DNA of 64,000 nucleotides from an uncultured Methylomonas sp. (lineage in GTDB: Bacteria; Pseudomonadota; Gammaproteobacteria; Methylococcales; Methylomonadaceae): positions 25,763-89,762 of the forward strand of contig CAZGUM010000001.1 in the NCBI GenBank assembly GCA_964529085.1, in the 5' to 3' direction. The stretch's first letter is position 1; each line of letters opens with the position of its first letter. Under the pieces are notes generated by a model, which did no database searches, was not told the origin of the DNA, and was given only the letters and a program-made list of their open reading frames with translations. Below are positions 8,647-19,632 of this stretch, one piece after another. Position numbers and translations under genes: made by a program.

Positions 8647-10020
8647 ATGCTTTCACATATCCTGCCTAAAGCCGAAATATCCATTCGGGAAAACCTGCGC
8701 TGGTTATACATTCTCAGGAATTTGATGCTGTTTGCCGTAACCGTCGCGGTGTTTATCGCGGTGAATGGTTTAGGTATTAACTTGCCGCAAAATCAGCTAT
8801 GGCTGGCGATTTTTGCGGTTTCGATTCTTAATCTATACACTTGGTTGCGGCTGAGAACGCCGGAAGAGGTCACCGAGCACGAGATCTTTTCGCAAATCTG
8901 TATGGATGTGCTGGCGCTGGCTTATTTGCTGTATCTGACGGGTGGTGCCTCCAACCCGATCATTTGGGTGTTTTTGCTGCCTTTAATCGTGACCGCCATC
9001 ATGTTGCCGCAGGCCTATGCCTGGAATATGGTGATCATTACGTCCTGTGTGTACACGGTACTGATCGCCTACAACGTACCCTTGCCGGCTGTGGAGCCGC
9101 ATATTGCGCATCCGGCAATGGCCGAGATGACGCCGGAAATGACGCTGCAAATGCACTTGATGAACGACCGGCGCTATTTCAATTTGCATGTATTTGGCAT
9201 GTGGTTTGGTTTTGTATTTAGCGCCGGCTTGGTGGCTTTTTTCGTGGTCGAACTCTCCAAAACGCTGAAAGAGCGGGAGCGCAATCTAGCTGATGCGCGT
9301 GAGAGTGCATTACGCGACGAACGGGTGGTGTCATTGGGTACCTTGGCCGCTAGCGCCGCGCACGATATGGGGACGCCGCTGGGTACGATTGCGATATTGA
9401 CGCATGAAATGGCGGAAGAGCTGTCGGAACATCGTTATCCCGATCTGCATCAGAAGCTGGTGATTGTGCAGCAGCAGATCGATCGCTGCAAACAGGCTTT
9501 GTCCGTGATGTCCGCCTCGGCAGGCGAGATGCGGGCGGAATCCGGCAAGGTGATGCTGGTGAGCGAATATATCGACGAGGTGCTAGGGCAATGGCGAACG
9601 CATAAGGCTGCTACCCGGCTCAAGTTATTTATATCGCCGGATGTGGATATGGACGCGCGCGTGATTGCGGAGCGTACTGTGACGCACTCCATTATCAATA
9701 TTCTGAATAACGCGGCCGAGGCGTCGCCGGTTGATGCCGGTATCGAGTTTCATGTGGAATGGAACGAGGACACTTTAAACTTGAAAATCAGGGATTTTGG
9801 GCCAGGCTTGCCCGCGGAATTTATCGAGTTTGCCGGGCATCAACCGGTCAAAAGCAATAAGCAGGGTATGGGCGTTGGCTTGTTCTTGACCTATACCACT
9901 ATCAAGCGGCTCGGCGGTAAAATACAGTTCAGTAATTTAGAGTCGGGTGGCGCCTGTGTTGAGATCAGTTTGCCGCTATTAGCTAAGGAGAGTACGCATG
10001 AACCAATTACCTACGGATAA
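8647..10020 (+). CDS. regB: RegB/PrrB/ActS-family redox sensor histidine kinase
   Basis: Six TM segments; GGASNP quinone-binding motif; H-box AAHDMGTPL; redox Cys in DRCK; HATPase N/G boxes. Confidence 0.9.
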   Translation: MLSHILPKAEISIRENLRWLYILRNLMLFAVTVAVFIAVNGLGINLPQNQLWLAIFAVSILNLYTWLRLRTPEEVTEHEIFSQICMDVLALAYLLYLTGGASNPIIWVFLLPLIVTAIMLPQAYAWNMVIITSCVYTVLIAYNVPLPAVEPHIAHPAMAEMTPEMTLQMHLMNDRRYFNLHVFGMWFGFVFSAGLVAFFVVELSKTLKERERNLADARESALRDERVVSLGTLAASAAHDMGTPLGTIAILTHEMAEELSEHRYPDLHQKLVIVQQQIDRCKQALSVMSASAGEMRAESGKVMLVSEYIDEVLGQWRTHKAATRLKLFISPDVDMDARVIAERTVTHSIINILNNAAEASPVDAGIEFHVEWNEDTLNLKIRDFGPGLPAEFIEFAGHQPVKSNKQGMGVGLFLTYTTIKRLGGKIQFSNLESGGACVEISLPLLAKESTHEPITYG

Positions 10021-10546
10021 GCCCAATTTATTGCTGGTTGATGATGACGTCACCTTCTGTTCGGTGTTGAAGCCGGCGCTGGAAAAGCGCAATTTTCAAG
10101 TGACTGTCGCCAATGATGTGGATGCGGCAATGAAGTTGGCGGAGCAAACCGAGCCTGAATACGCAGTGATCGATTTGCGGATTGGTTTTGACTCCGGTCT
10201 GGAAATGGTCAAGAAATTGATTTCCCTGGATGACAATACCCAAATTGTGATGTTGACCGGCTTCGCCAGTATTGCTACCGCAGTAGAAGCTATCAAATTG
10301 GGTGCGATTCATTATCTGACCAAGCCGGCCAATGCCGATGAGATTGTCAGTGCCTTATATAAAAACGAAGGCGATGCGTCGGTAGCGATCAGTGACAATC
10401 CGCTATCGGTCAAGCGCTTGGAGTGGGAGCATTTACAAAAAGTGCTGATGCAACACGACGGCAATATCTCCGCCGCCGCCAGAGCGTTGAACATGCACAG
10501 AAGAACCTTGCAAAGAAAGTTGGAAAAAAAGCCGGTAAAGGAATGA
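9998..10546 (+). CDS. regA: RegA/PrrA/ActR response regulator
   Basis: REC domain plus C-terminal WEHLQKVL...NISAAARALNMHRRTLQRKL helix-turn-helix. Confidence 0.93.
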   Translation: MNQLPTDKPNLLLVDDDVTFCSVLKPALEKRNFQVTVANDVDAAMKLAEQTEPEYAVIDLRIGFDSGLEMVKKLISLDDNTQIVMLTGFASIATAVEAIKLGAIHYLTKPANADEIVSALYKNEGDASVAISDNPLSVKRLEWEHLQKVLMQHDGNISAAARALNMHRRTLQRKLEKKPVKE

Positions 10547-10647
10547 TGCGACTGGCTTTGTTTTGAACAAGAGAGCATCATTTTTGTATTTATTACAATT
10601 AATCGTTGCAAAGCAGATATTTTTAAGTATAATGGGCGGCTCATTCG

Positions 10648-10723
10648 GGGTCGTTAGCTCAGCCGGTAGAGCACCGCACTTTTAATGCGATGGTCGTGCG
10701 TTCGAATCGCACACGACCCACCA
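10648..10723 (+). tRNA. tRNA-Lys(TTT)
   Basis: GGGTCGT acceptor stem pairing with ACGACCC-A-CCA; anticodon loop CTTTTAA; GTTCGAATC T-loop; 76 nt. Confidence 0.97.
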
Positions 10724-10848
10724 CTGAATAAGTAGTAAAAACAAAAGCTTATAAGGATTGTAAGCTCCGGTAACTGTGTACTAAAACAGCCGACTACAGT
10801 GATTTTACTGGTAGTTGTGTTTTAAACCTCTAGCATGAGGATGCACAG

Positions 10849-11904
10849 ATGCTAAATTTCCACATCATCAAAGTTGATCTAAAAAACGGGGAAACCCGCT
10901 ATCGTACCATTCTTACCAAATCCGGTAAGGGAATCAAAACCAAAACCTTTCGACGCAAACAGGATGCCCGTACTTGGGGGACTCGTTCCGTTCTTGAATA
11001 TCAAGAATACGAAGCTCAAGGCGTCCGCCCTTGTGTCATCCCTTTTGTTCGCCTTTCTGATGAATACATGACTTGGTGGTCTGGCAAAGATCACGATCGT
11101 GCCCGACTCGTACAGTGGTGGAACGTTCAACTTGGCAAAACCGTTCTGACCGAAATTACTCCCGATCTTATCCGCTCAAAGCTGAAATCTAAGCGATCAC
11201 TCGCCCCTGCTACATACAATAAACATCTCGCAGTTCTCTCGTCAATTTTGGACTTTGCTACCCGTCAGCAGGAAGATGACTCCATTTTGGATCAGTATAT
11301 CGACGAAAATCCCTGCAAAAAAGTCCGCTCACTTACCGTCAACAATAAAGTCGTTCGTTTTCTATCGGATCAAGAAAAGATACGTCTAATCCGAGCAGCC
11401 CAAGAAATTGGTGGTAAATTTTATCTTAAAGTACTAATGGCATTGACTACCGGCATGCGCAAAGGCGAATTGGAGCGATTACGATGGACAGACATAGACT
11501 TTGACCGTGGCTTGGCTATTTTACACGAAACCAAAAATGGCTCCCCAAGACACAGCCCAATACCGATGATCACCCTGGATGAACTCAAAAAATGTCGTGA
11601 ACTTGGTAGCAATCTTCTGTTTCCATCGGAAATCAACCCTGACAAACCAATGGACTATCGTAAACAATGGGACAATTGCTTAAAAGCTGCGAATATCAAA
11701 AATTTCCGCTGGCACGACCTTCGTCATGATACTGCATCAACCTTGGCGCGCGATGGTCGTACGCTAAAGGAAATTGCGGAAATTTTAGGGCATAAAAGTC
11801 TAATCAGCACTGACCGCTATGCACATCTATGCACTGAGCATAAAAATACTATTTTAAATGAAACTATGAATAAGGCTCTGCATTTAGACATTGGGCATAG
11901 TTGA
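10849..11904 (+). CDS. Tyrosine recombinase / phage-type integrase
   Basis: TGMRKGE (R), TKNG (K), HDLRH, LGHKS, RYAH catalytic residues. Confidence 0.95.
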   Translation: MLNFHIIKVDLKNGETRYRTILTKSGKGIKTKTFRRKQDARTWGTRSVLEYQEYEAQGVRPCVIPFVRLSDEYMTWWSGKDHDRARLVQWWNVQLGKTVLTEITPDLIRSKLKSKRSLAPATYNKHLAVLSSILDFATRQQEDDSILDQYIDENPCKKVRSLTVNNKVVRFLSDQEKIRLIRAAQEIGGKFYLKVLMALTTGMRKGELERLRWTDIDFDRGLAILHETKNGSPRHSPIPMITLDELKKCRELGSNLLFPSEINPDKPMDYRKQWDNCLKAANIKNFRWHDLRHDTASTLARDGRTLKEIAEILGHKSLISTDRYAHLCTEHKNTILNETMNKALHLDIGHS

Positions 11905-12764
11905 TAGGTTTTACTATGGTTAATGATTCTGATTTTAGCTGGTTTAATTTAGATACTTACGACAGATATGCTTCCATGTCTCTCGAGGATTGGCAATGGC
12001 AACTTCAAATTAGGACAATAATGCACGATTTAATTAATTACGCACCTGGTTTGAAATTTTGTTTTGAAGAAAATTTGATAAATGGAGTAAAGAATGGTTT
12101 TGTGGAGAGAGGATCATATGCCTGTTTGAGTTTTTCCGAGGCATTTACGCAGCGTGACGCGAAATGCTGTGAATCTAGCGTGAAAAGTATTACTTCCTTG
12201 CAATTATGGAAGTTATTTAAACACGAATTTGATAATAAAGAGCTAGTAGAGGCGTGTAAGCACGAGGAAGGCTTCTGGCATAAAGGGGGCTTTAATAGAG
12301 AACATGCGAAGTTAGCAAATAGGCCGCATGCAATAAATAGGAGAGAGTTCTTAAAGCGTCGCAAGTATAGTCAATTCGAAGTCTCGGTTGATCTAAATGC
12401 GACTGATGAAGTTCTGAAAGAGGATTTCAGCCATTGGCTGGCATCGGTTCGCAAGACTCTCAAGCCTAAAGATAGATACACACCTAAAGTAACTGAAATT
12501 GACATAAAGGAATTAAAAAAATGGGTCAAATTTAAATGCATTCCTTATCTAGATTTAAAATTTATGTGGCTTTATGGCGGTAATGAAGAGGATGATTTTA
12601 AAGGTCAAATGGTTGAAAAACTGTTGTTTCCAAATGATCCAATTAAGGGCTACGATCCAAATGACCGTGCAAGAAAATCGACTAAAGATTGGGCCAATCG
12701 AATTATAGAAACAAATGTAGCACAAATTTTAGAGCGGCAATTGCGCAGATCGTCGACAAAGTAG
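11901..12764 (+). CDS. DUF6387-like island protein
   Basis: WFNLDTY...W..QL and VDLNATDEVLKEDFSHWL...IPYLDL patterns; typical position after the integrase (alternative ATG at 11916). Confidence 0.6.
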   Translation: MIGFTMVNDSDFSWFNLDTYDRYASMSLEDWQWQLQIRTIMHDLINYAPGLKFCFEENLINGVKNGFVERGSYACLSFSEAFTQRDAKCCESSVKSITSLQLWKLFKHEFDNKELVEACKHEEGFWHKGGFNREHAKLANRPHAINRREFLKRRKYSQFEVSVDLNATDEVLKEDFSHWLASVRKTLKPKDRYTPKVTEIDIKELKKWVKFKCIPYLDLKFMWLYGGNEEDDFKGQMVEKLLFPNDPIKGYDPNDRARKSTKDWANRIIETNVAQILERQLRRSSTK

Positions 12765-13341
12765 GAACTCTTGTCATGAACAACAAAATATAAACAGACT
12801 CAGTCATGATCAGACACACTATCATCATGACGAGTGCCACCTTGAGTGTCGGCTTGAGGTCATCGCAAACACCGCCTCAAACCGCCCTGATGTAAACGAC
12901 GTTGACACAGCCAGGCACCATTGCCATCCCATAGAAACAGTCGCAATCGGCTGCCGGCCCTGTTACGGGAGATAAACTACGGTCCGACACAGGGCGAGTA
13001 ACCCAGACTCTGCTGCACAATCGCCGACAAGCCATCCAGACCCCGTCACATGTCCACCAGCGCCACGGCCAACGAAAGATTAATGCTCAATCAAGTCTTT
13101 TCGCCCGCATTTCCTGCTACGACAAGTCATTTCGACTCCAAAATTCTTGCCACTAATCGGCATTCCATGACCCTGCTGAAAGCCAACATTTCCTAAAACA
13201 ACAAAATCAATCGAACGCAAATTTGCGCGTCTCAAGTTCTAAATGTCAGAACTGGACCGAAAAACAGGTGATTCCCGGTCCATTGATCTACGCTGGTTTT
13301 ATGCAATATTTAGTCATCACGTAGAGCCACAAGGAGGCAAA

Positions 13342-13563
13342 ATGCAAACAAACCCAATTAACTACGGGTTAGACGAATACTGCTCGATCGCAGCATTTAA
13401 ATCGCGTTCAGAAAATCCACTGAAACCTACAGAATTTGAATGGCTCTTTAGAAACCGAAAATCCAACGGATTCCAGATGGCTTTTGTGCAAATTAATTCC
13501 CGGAAATTTCTGGTTCACATTCCCACGTTTATCGAATGCTTGGCTACTCGTAGAGGTGCATAA
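13342..13563 (+). CDS. Small DNA-binding protein, excisionase-like
   Basis: AGGAGG RBS before ATG 13342; WLFRNRKSNGF..AFV...RKFLV..F winged-helix-like pattern. Confidence 0.55.
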   Translation: MQTNPINYGLDEYCSIAAFKSRSENPLKPTEFEWLFRNRKSNGFQMAFVQINSRKFLVHIPTFIECLATRRGA

Positions 13564-14093
13564 ATTATATTGGCTTCGCATACATGCAACTGACTACCGA
13601 TTTGGAATATCGGGCACAGATAGCCGGTTGCTAATGCTGAGCGATTTCTAACAATGATCTTGCTTTTCTGGGAGGAAAAAACTAAATAAATCACTGATAA
13701 AACCGATTTTTTTATTGAAAAAACGATAAACATAAAAAACGTTAACGGATGATTAGTCAACGCTTGCGTTATAAGTTAATGGTGATGAGTATTGAGTGAT
13801 TCTTACGCGAGACTATCGCATTAATATCTAGGGTTTTATTTCATTCCCAATGCGGCCTGGAGAAAAAGTAAAAATCACCATGATCTATTCTACGGCTATC
13901 GCTTTTCATCTATTAAACAATCAATACCACGCGGCAGAAAAGCAAACGCTCATCGACCTTTATGTGTAGCCATGTAAATTGATTAATGCTTAAAGCATTC
14001 AAATTTCAGGGTCGTGTGCTTAAGGTCAATACTCAGCGTTCAAGCCAAATTAAGCTGTGGCTATGAATATTATCAGAATAGATTCAGTTCGCC

Positions 14094-16094
14094 ATGCATC
14101 AGTTTAATTTATCTATTGAGAAAACATTTATGTACGAAAAACCTGTAGATCATATACGCGGTCAGGAAATAGAAAATTTCAATAACACATATAGTATCCA
14201 TGCTCTACTAATCGGCGTGGGCTTTATAGCAGATAGCAATTCATCAAAATTTGAGTATTTAGGGCATATTCTCCAATCTATGTATTATTACCCAAATGGT
14301 CAGACGATTTATATCAAATACGACAACCTAATAGACATAATTGACATTCATACTTCCGATGGTTTTGTATTCGACCATGCCTTTGACATTTATGTGCATT
14401 ACTACAACGATAGGGATCTATATAAAGCACTGAATTGGGAGTCTGACACTCAAATTAACATGACTAAATTACAGACTCAGACTCAACCCCAACCCCAACT
14501 CTATCCACTAGCTCAACCATTACATAATCAACAATGGCAGTATCAAGCACCACAGCCCCCTCTTCCTCCTCCAAACTATAACACCTATCCGTATCCGACC
14601 ATGGATATTGATTTTGTATTAGACAACTCAACACCAAAAGAATATTTAAAGCTGGATGATTGTCTTCACGATAAGGATTCGTTGGTTTTTCTATTAGCCA
14701 CATACATTAGCCACAAAACGGACATACCTGTCAGTACAATTATTGTGCTTATTTTGAGTGTATGGAGTGGTTTAACCAGTAAACGCTACCAATGCTCCTA
14801 TAAAGATGGGCGCACTGTTTCCATCGGTTTGTATGCAGTTTTAGAGCAAAGTTCTGGTGTAGGTAAATCAGTTGCCCTGTCAATGCTACTTGAGTCGTTC
14901 AAAAACACTATCGAATCAATGATTTATGACATTAAAGCTAGTATTCAAAGTTACGAAGATATATGCGATAAACTCAAAGTATCTCTAGCTGGATGTACAA
15001 CTAAAGAAGACAAAGCAACCTTCAAGAAACAAATTCAAGAAACAAATAACATTCTGAAGAAACTCAAAAAAAATTGTAATCGATTGCAATGGCTGATGCC
15101 AATAACCAATGTCACCCCTGCAGCATTAGACGAGATGTTAACGGCCACAGGTGGGTTCTTTTTTGCTGCCACATCAGAACTAGGCTTTTTGATTTCAATG
15201 TTAGGACTACGTCAAGGTTCCAAATACAATAACAACGATTTGCTTCTTAATGGACGCGAAGGTGGTTATGTAAACGGTAATCATCTTGGCCGCAAGTCCT
15301 ACAGAGGTCAAGTTCGTGGCGCTATCACCAGCTTTGCTCAAGAGGGTGGAATTGGAACCCTTTTAGCTGCGAGTGATAATACTGGTCTTGCTGAACGTTT
15401 TCTGATGGTTAGTGAGCCTTCACGAATAGGTTACCGTGACAGAATTACCGAAAAAGTAAATGGTGATCACATTCTTCAACTGTACGCGAAAAGGTGTGAG
15501 TGTTTTAAAATCTATATCGATGACGAAAACGCCTTAAATCACGATTCACTAATCACTTTGCGGATATCTGACGTCGGTTGGCGACATATTCTAAACTTCG
15601 AGCAGGAATTAGAAAATAAGATGCGGCCTGGTGCAGAGTTATCGCATCATATATTGCAGCGCGTAAATGGAAAAACAAAAATGCAAGTCATGGGCGTAGC
15701 TGCGAATTCGTATCTACTTCACACAGAAAATCCTCCTACCAGTGCATCGGATAATCCATTCATACCCGACGAGTTTGTTGTAATGGCGATAAATATTTTT
15801 AGACAGCTAATATTTGGCTTCAGAAGCTATTGTGAACGCAAGGGGCTAATTAGTGATGTGGCGCAACTGACCGCTGTTTATAACGTATTCGTTGGCAAGG
15901 GGGAGAATGCCTCATACACAGATCAAGAGCTTAAAAAACGGTTGCAACAAGTTAAACCATTCAAGGATATGGAAGAGCCCAGAAAGGCCATTCAGCGGGC
16001 GCTTGAGTATCTAGAGCAGCACTACGTGCTTCTTAAAGACGGCAATGAAAGGTACTTTAAAAATCCTGTTCAATTAAATTCTAATTACCGATAA
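14094..16094 (+). CDS. DUF3987/YfjI-family P-loop protein (island replication/helicase-like)
   Basis: Walker A-like QSSGVGKS; TPAAL, ELG and GLAERFL motifs; Q/P-rich linker. Confidence 0.7.
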   Translation: MHQFNLSIEKTFMYEKPVDHIRGQEIENFNNTYSIHALLIGVGFIADSNSSKFEYLGHILQSMYYYPNGQTIYIKYDNLIDIIDIHTSDGFVFDHAFDIYVHYYNDRDLYKALNWESDTQINMTKLQTQTQPQPQLYPLAQPLHNQQWQYQAPQPPLPPPNYNTYPYPTMDIDFVLDNSTPKEYLKLDDCLHDKDSLVFLLATYISHKTDIPVSTIIVLILSVWSGLTSKRYQCSYKDGRTVSIGLYAVLEQSSGVGKSVALSMLLESFKNTIESMIYDIKASIQSYEDICDKLKVSLAGCTTKEDKATFKKQIQETNNILKKLKKNCNRLQWLMPITNVTPAALDEMLTATGGFFFAATSELGFLISMLGLRQGSKYNNNDLLLNGREGGYVNGNHLGRKSYRGQVRGAITSFAQEGGIGTLLAASDNTGLAERFLMVSEPSRIGYRDRITEKVNGDHILQLYAKRCECFKIYIDDENALNHDSLITLRISDVGWRHILNFEQELENKMRPGAELSHHILQRVNGKTKMQVMGVAANSYLLHTENPPTSASDNPFIPDEFVVMAINIFRQLIFGFRSYCERKGLISDVAQLTAVYNVFVGKGENASYTDQELKKRLQQVKPFKDMEEPRKAIQRALEYLEQHYVLLKDGNERYFKNPVQLNSNYR

Positions 16095-16331
16095 AAAACA
16101 TTGCATCTGCAAAAATGCCAAAAAACCTAGTTTATCTAGGTAAAACGCCTTTTTTATAAAATGGCGTTAAAAAATAAATGCTTTTCGCAGGGGCTCAGTT
16201 TAGCCTTTGCCGGAGTCAGCGGCCTAATAGCCTTAGCTGCCTAGCCAATCTCGCTGGCAGTAGAGCGGCTCATTCCGGCAACCTTAGCGGAAGGAGTTGC
16301 ACATAGCTACCCATCATTACTTTTCCAAAAC

Positions 16332-17210
16332 ATGCTAAACATAGACGCTAAAGAAATCCTTTCCAATTTTGAATCTCAGATTGTCCTCGAGGGGCGATAT
16401 TGCCTGATTAATGTGGATCAGATAGAACCAAATCCTCGTCAGCCACGTACCCATTATTCCAAAGAATCATTAGACAATCTCGTACAGTCAATTCAAGAAA
16501 ACGGCTTACTTCAGCCTATCATTGTTCAAAAAACAGAAACTGGCTATCAACTCATCGCTGGTGAACGGCGATGGCGAGCTCATCGGATTCTGAATAAGCC
16601 ACAAATCGAAGCCATAGTGAGGACAGTTGACGACCAAACCCAAGCAATTTATGCCTTGGCAGAAAATATAGTCCGGGAAGATTTGAGCGATTACGAAATC
16701 GGCAAGGCAATTCGGAGCATTGAGGATAATTTCCCAATCAAAAAAGACCTCGCGGCTATGATTGGCATCAATCGTACCGACATGTACCGCTATTTGGCTT
16801 TCGACAGTCTACCCGATTTCATTTTGAACGACCTGAATAGTAACCCAGAATTACTATCCCGTTCTGCCGCAGAGCAGATTAAAAAGATATTAGGCCAAAA
16901 TAAAAATTCCGACTCAGTACTCTCATTTTTAGAAACTGCGTGGATATTACTCAAAGAGCGAAAGCTTCAACAAACCCAAATAACTCGATTTATTGAAAAG
17001 AAACTCCAAGAAGTCTATGGGCTCAATCAAGCTGCCACTGAAAGCGTCCTCCTGAATGAAAATGGCAGTCAGCTTGGACGAGTAAACCAAACTGAAAAGT
17101 ACTGGACGGTTCAGTTGAATGTTGACGGGATTAATGAACATCAGCAGGAACAAATTCTTAACTTCATCCGGAGACTTCTTAATGAACAATCCGGAAGTGT
17201 CACAAGTTGA
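16332..17210 (+). CDS. parB: ParB/Spo0J-family protein
   Basis: NPRQPR, GLLQPIIV, LIAGERRWRA, ENIVREDL motifs and HTH. Confidence 0.9.
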   Translation: MLNIDAKEILSNFESQIVLEGRYCLINVDQIEPNPRQPRTHYSKESLDNLVQSIQENGLLQPIIVQKTETGYQLIAGERRWRAHRILNKPQIEAIVRTVDDQTQAIYALAENIVREDLSDYEIGKAIRSIEDNFPIKKDLAAMIGINRTDMYRYLAFDSLPDFILNDLNSNPELLSRSAAEQIKKILGQNKNSDSVLSFLETAWILLKERKLQQTQITRFIEKKLQEVYGLNQAATESVLLNENGSQLGRVNQTEKYWTVQLNVDGINEHQQEQILNFIRRLLNEQSGSVTS

Positions 17211-17221
17211 GACACCGTTTG

Positions 17222-17452
17222 GCCATGGTTCATTTTTACTGATATTCATCAGCGCCAGATAAAACATTTTCGATAATGCCTCGTCATTGGGGGAAAGAGC
17301 CGCGATTTTTGGTGATTTCTCTCAGGCTGATATTGACCGACTCGATGGCATTGGTGGTGTAAATGATTCGACGTATTTCCGGCGGATAGTCTTAAAACGG
17401 GATGATGTGATTCCAATTACGCCGCCATATTTGGGCAATAGAAGGGTAGCTA
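17222..17452 (-). pseudogene. IS256-family transposase C-terminal remnant
   Basis: Minus strand reads [38 protein letters not shown]... then, after a frameshift, [18 protein letters not shown]; contains a stop and a frameshift. Confidence 0.8.
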
Positions 17453-17857
17453 ACCTGGCAAAACAACTCAAATGCGCTGTTCTCGCAATCTCCCAAGCGT
17501 TTCGTCTGCGCATGACAAGTTCCCCGCTCCATATGATTAGCACCAACCGATAAAACTTTACTGGTTTTGGGAGATGGAATGGAAGGATTGCACTAACTTG
17601 GGGCATGCCATCGTCAACGACATCTGCAAGCGCGCCAGTCATTCAAAAAACGGATGGCAAAGCGTTGCTGATGATTTCCGTTTGATCGAATTCTGGATCA
17701 GATTGTTATATTGATAGTACCAAGACACAGCAGCTCTCAGAGCAATTCCCAAGATGAGTTGATTCAACGACTGTTGATCATGCTGGTTAAGGGACAGAGA
17801 TTAACTTAACGACTGCCTCTTATGCGCTTGGCTTTTGCTGTTGTGTCCCATCTGCCG

Positions 17858-17890
17858 CTAGGATGGAGGGTTCAATTCCCTCCATCCTAG
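17858..17890. repeat. Perfect 13-bp hairpin with a tRNA T-loop-like loop
   Basis: CTAGGATGGAGGG-TTCAATT-CCCTCCATCCTAG. Confidence 0.85.
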
Positions 17891-18041
17891 ACAGGATTCA
17901 TTCGATCAAGTCGTATCTGGCAGCTTCATCCTCGATACCAGTCTACTGAGCGTTCAGTGTTTGAATGCGACTGGCTCCTGAATACCCAACTGTTTTGTTA
18001 GTGCCAATGACTTCCATCTCTTCTAAAACCACGAGGTCATT

Positions 18042-19154
18042 ATGAACTTATACCCGCAATACCACGACAATACCGATCAACTGCCAAGGATAGTTGCATT
18101 CTTGTTACGTCGACCCAAGCCATTGAGTTTAAGTAAAGAGGTCAAGACGATTGAAAAACTCATGCAAGCGTTACAGAAAACCGATACCAACAAACCCTTG
18201 CTGACGATTCGTGATTCCAATCAGCCCGATTACATTAAAGCGACACCATCAATCTTAGCGAATGCGGTGATACTGGCGCTAAGCCATTGCCGACACGTCA
18301 TTGATGAAGTTCACTATGTGTTGCCGTTCCATCCTTTTGTCGATGTCTTCATGCGTAATGCTAGAAAACCAGGCATTCAGGAGAGTATTCAGCGATACCA
18401 AGCGCTAGGGAGACCCAAAATCTACCCACGCTATGGCGATCACGCCGTTTTCATTGATCTTGAGCAAGCGGTTGCAGAGTTTATCGCGGAGTCCAAGCGA
18501 GATATGTCAACTACCGCATTCAGAAAGCTCATTTACGACGCTGATCGAACAGCCAAACAAAATGCTGAACGGCTTTGCAAATACATTGACTCCTTGTTCA
18601 CCCGCTATGCACGGCTCCTGGTCATTCGGGTTGATTTTTACTATCACCAGGGCAACGTCATTCATTCGGAACAGGATCGGCTGGACAAATACGCGGAGAT
18701 CACTGCTGACCGTGAACGTTTATTCGAGAACATCAAGTCAAATAATATCTTCAAACACATGGTGGGCAAAGTTTGGTCGCTTGAGTATGGGCCGGAAAAA
18801 GGCTTCCATCTCCATATGCTGTTTTTCTTCGATGGTTCCAAGGTGAGGGACGATGAAAGCTTGGCTTATTTGATCGCTGAGTACTGGTCGGGTCATACCC
18901 ATGGACGGGGCTACCCAAACAGCTGCAATGCCTCCAAAGATGACTATGACTCGCTTGGAATTGGCATGATCAATTACTACGATCACGAGTTACGTCAGAA
19001 CTTGTATAAAGCGGCTGGTTACTTGGTCAAAGTTGATCACTTAGTCAGGGCTCTGGTACCCGAGGGTAAGCACACTTTCGGTAAAGGGGCGGGATTGGAA
19101 AGCGATGCTCCTAAGCTGGGCAGACCTAGACGAAATGACTTGGCAGCCTTGTAG
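18042..19154 (+). CDS. Inovirus Gp2-like / YagK-YfjJ family HUH protein
   Basis: RLLVIRVDF, LEYGPEKGFHLHMLFFFDG (HUH), YLVKVD (catalytic Tyr-like), FGKG. Confidence 0.8.
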   Translation: MNLYPQYHDNTDQLPRIVAFLLRRPKPLSLSKEVKTIEKLMQALQKTDTNKPLLTIRDSNQPDYIKATPSILANAVILALSHCRHVIDEVHYVLPFHPFVDVFMRNARKPGIQESIQRYQALGRPKIYPRYGDHAVFIDLEQAVAEFIAESKRDMSTTAFRKLIYDADRTAKQNAERLCKYIDSLFTRYARLLVIRVDFYYHQGNVIHSEQDRLDKYAEITADRERLFENIKSNNIFKHMVGKVWSLEYGPEKGFHLHMLFFFDGSKVRDDESLAYLIAEYWSGHTHGRGYPNSCNASKDDYDSLGIGMINYYDHELRQNLYKAAGYLVKVDHLVRALVPEGKHTFGKGAGLESDAPKLGRPRRNDLAAL

Positions 19155-19632
19155 TTTTGCGGATTAGTAGGCTAAACCCCAAAGAGGACCGCAAGCTTAT
19201 CTGAGGGGGTAATCCGATGGAAATCAACGACGAGTTAGTATCTGCTTACCGATGAGAAAGACCGGGGTTGTGTAGCCAAAACGCAATGGATTCAATGGGT
19301 TTGCTTCGGTTCGTGAACAACTTCCTACGCCATCATGGCATGGATTGTTGACCTAGTCGCTGATCGAGGTTGCGATCAGCGGGGCTTAGGCTGTTGCCTC
19401 GTCTGTTCTCGTCAGCTGATTTGCTTTCAGTACGACTCGATTGTCGTTGTTATCAGCGTTGCCGAGCTTGCCGAGTTCTTGACCCGGAGATATGGCAGCG
19501 GGATCAACACATCGGCGTTGTCACCAAAACCACTAATAGTATGGGGAGAGTATACGCCCCGTCCACATTGAACGCCTGGCGAAGACTATCAACACGCGTT
19601 CATCAACCAATCCTTATATAAGAGAAAATCCC

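Noticed and set aside
12770-13240. GC-richer non-coding stretch within the AT-rich backbone
   Set aside because: No ORF, repeat or fold that I could support by eye
17222-17452. Active IS256 element
   Set aside because: Short fragment with a stop and frameshift; no terminal repeats identified
17820-17900. Possible tRNA gene around GGTTCAATTCC
   Set aside because: No D-arm, anticodon arm or CCA; kept only as a hairpin
19190-19330. Possible oriT downstream of the HUH gene
   Set aside because: No convincing match to a nic motif I can recognise and no strong inverted repeat
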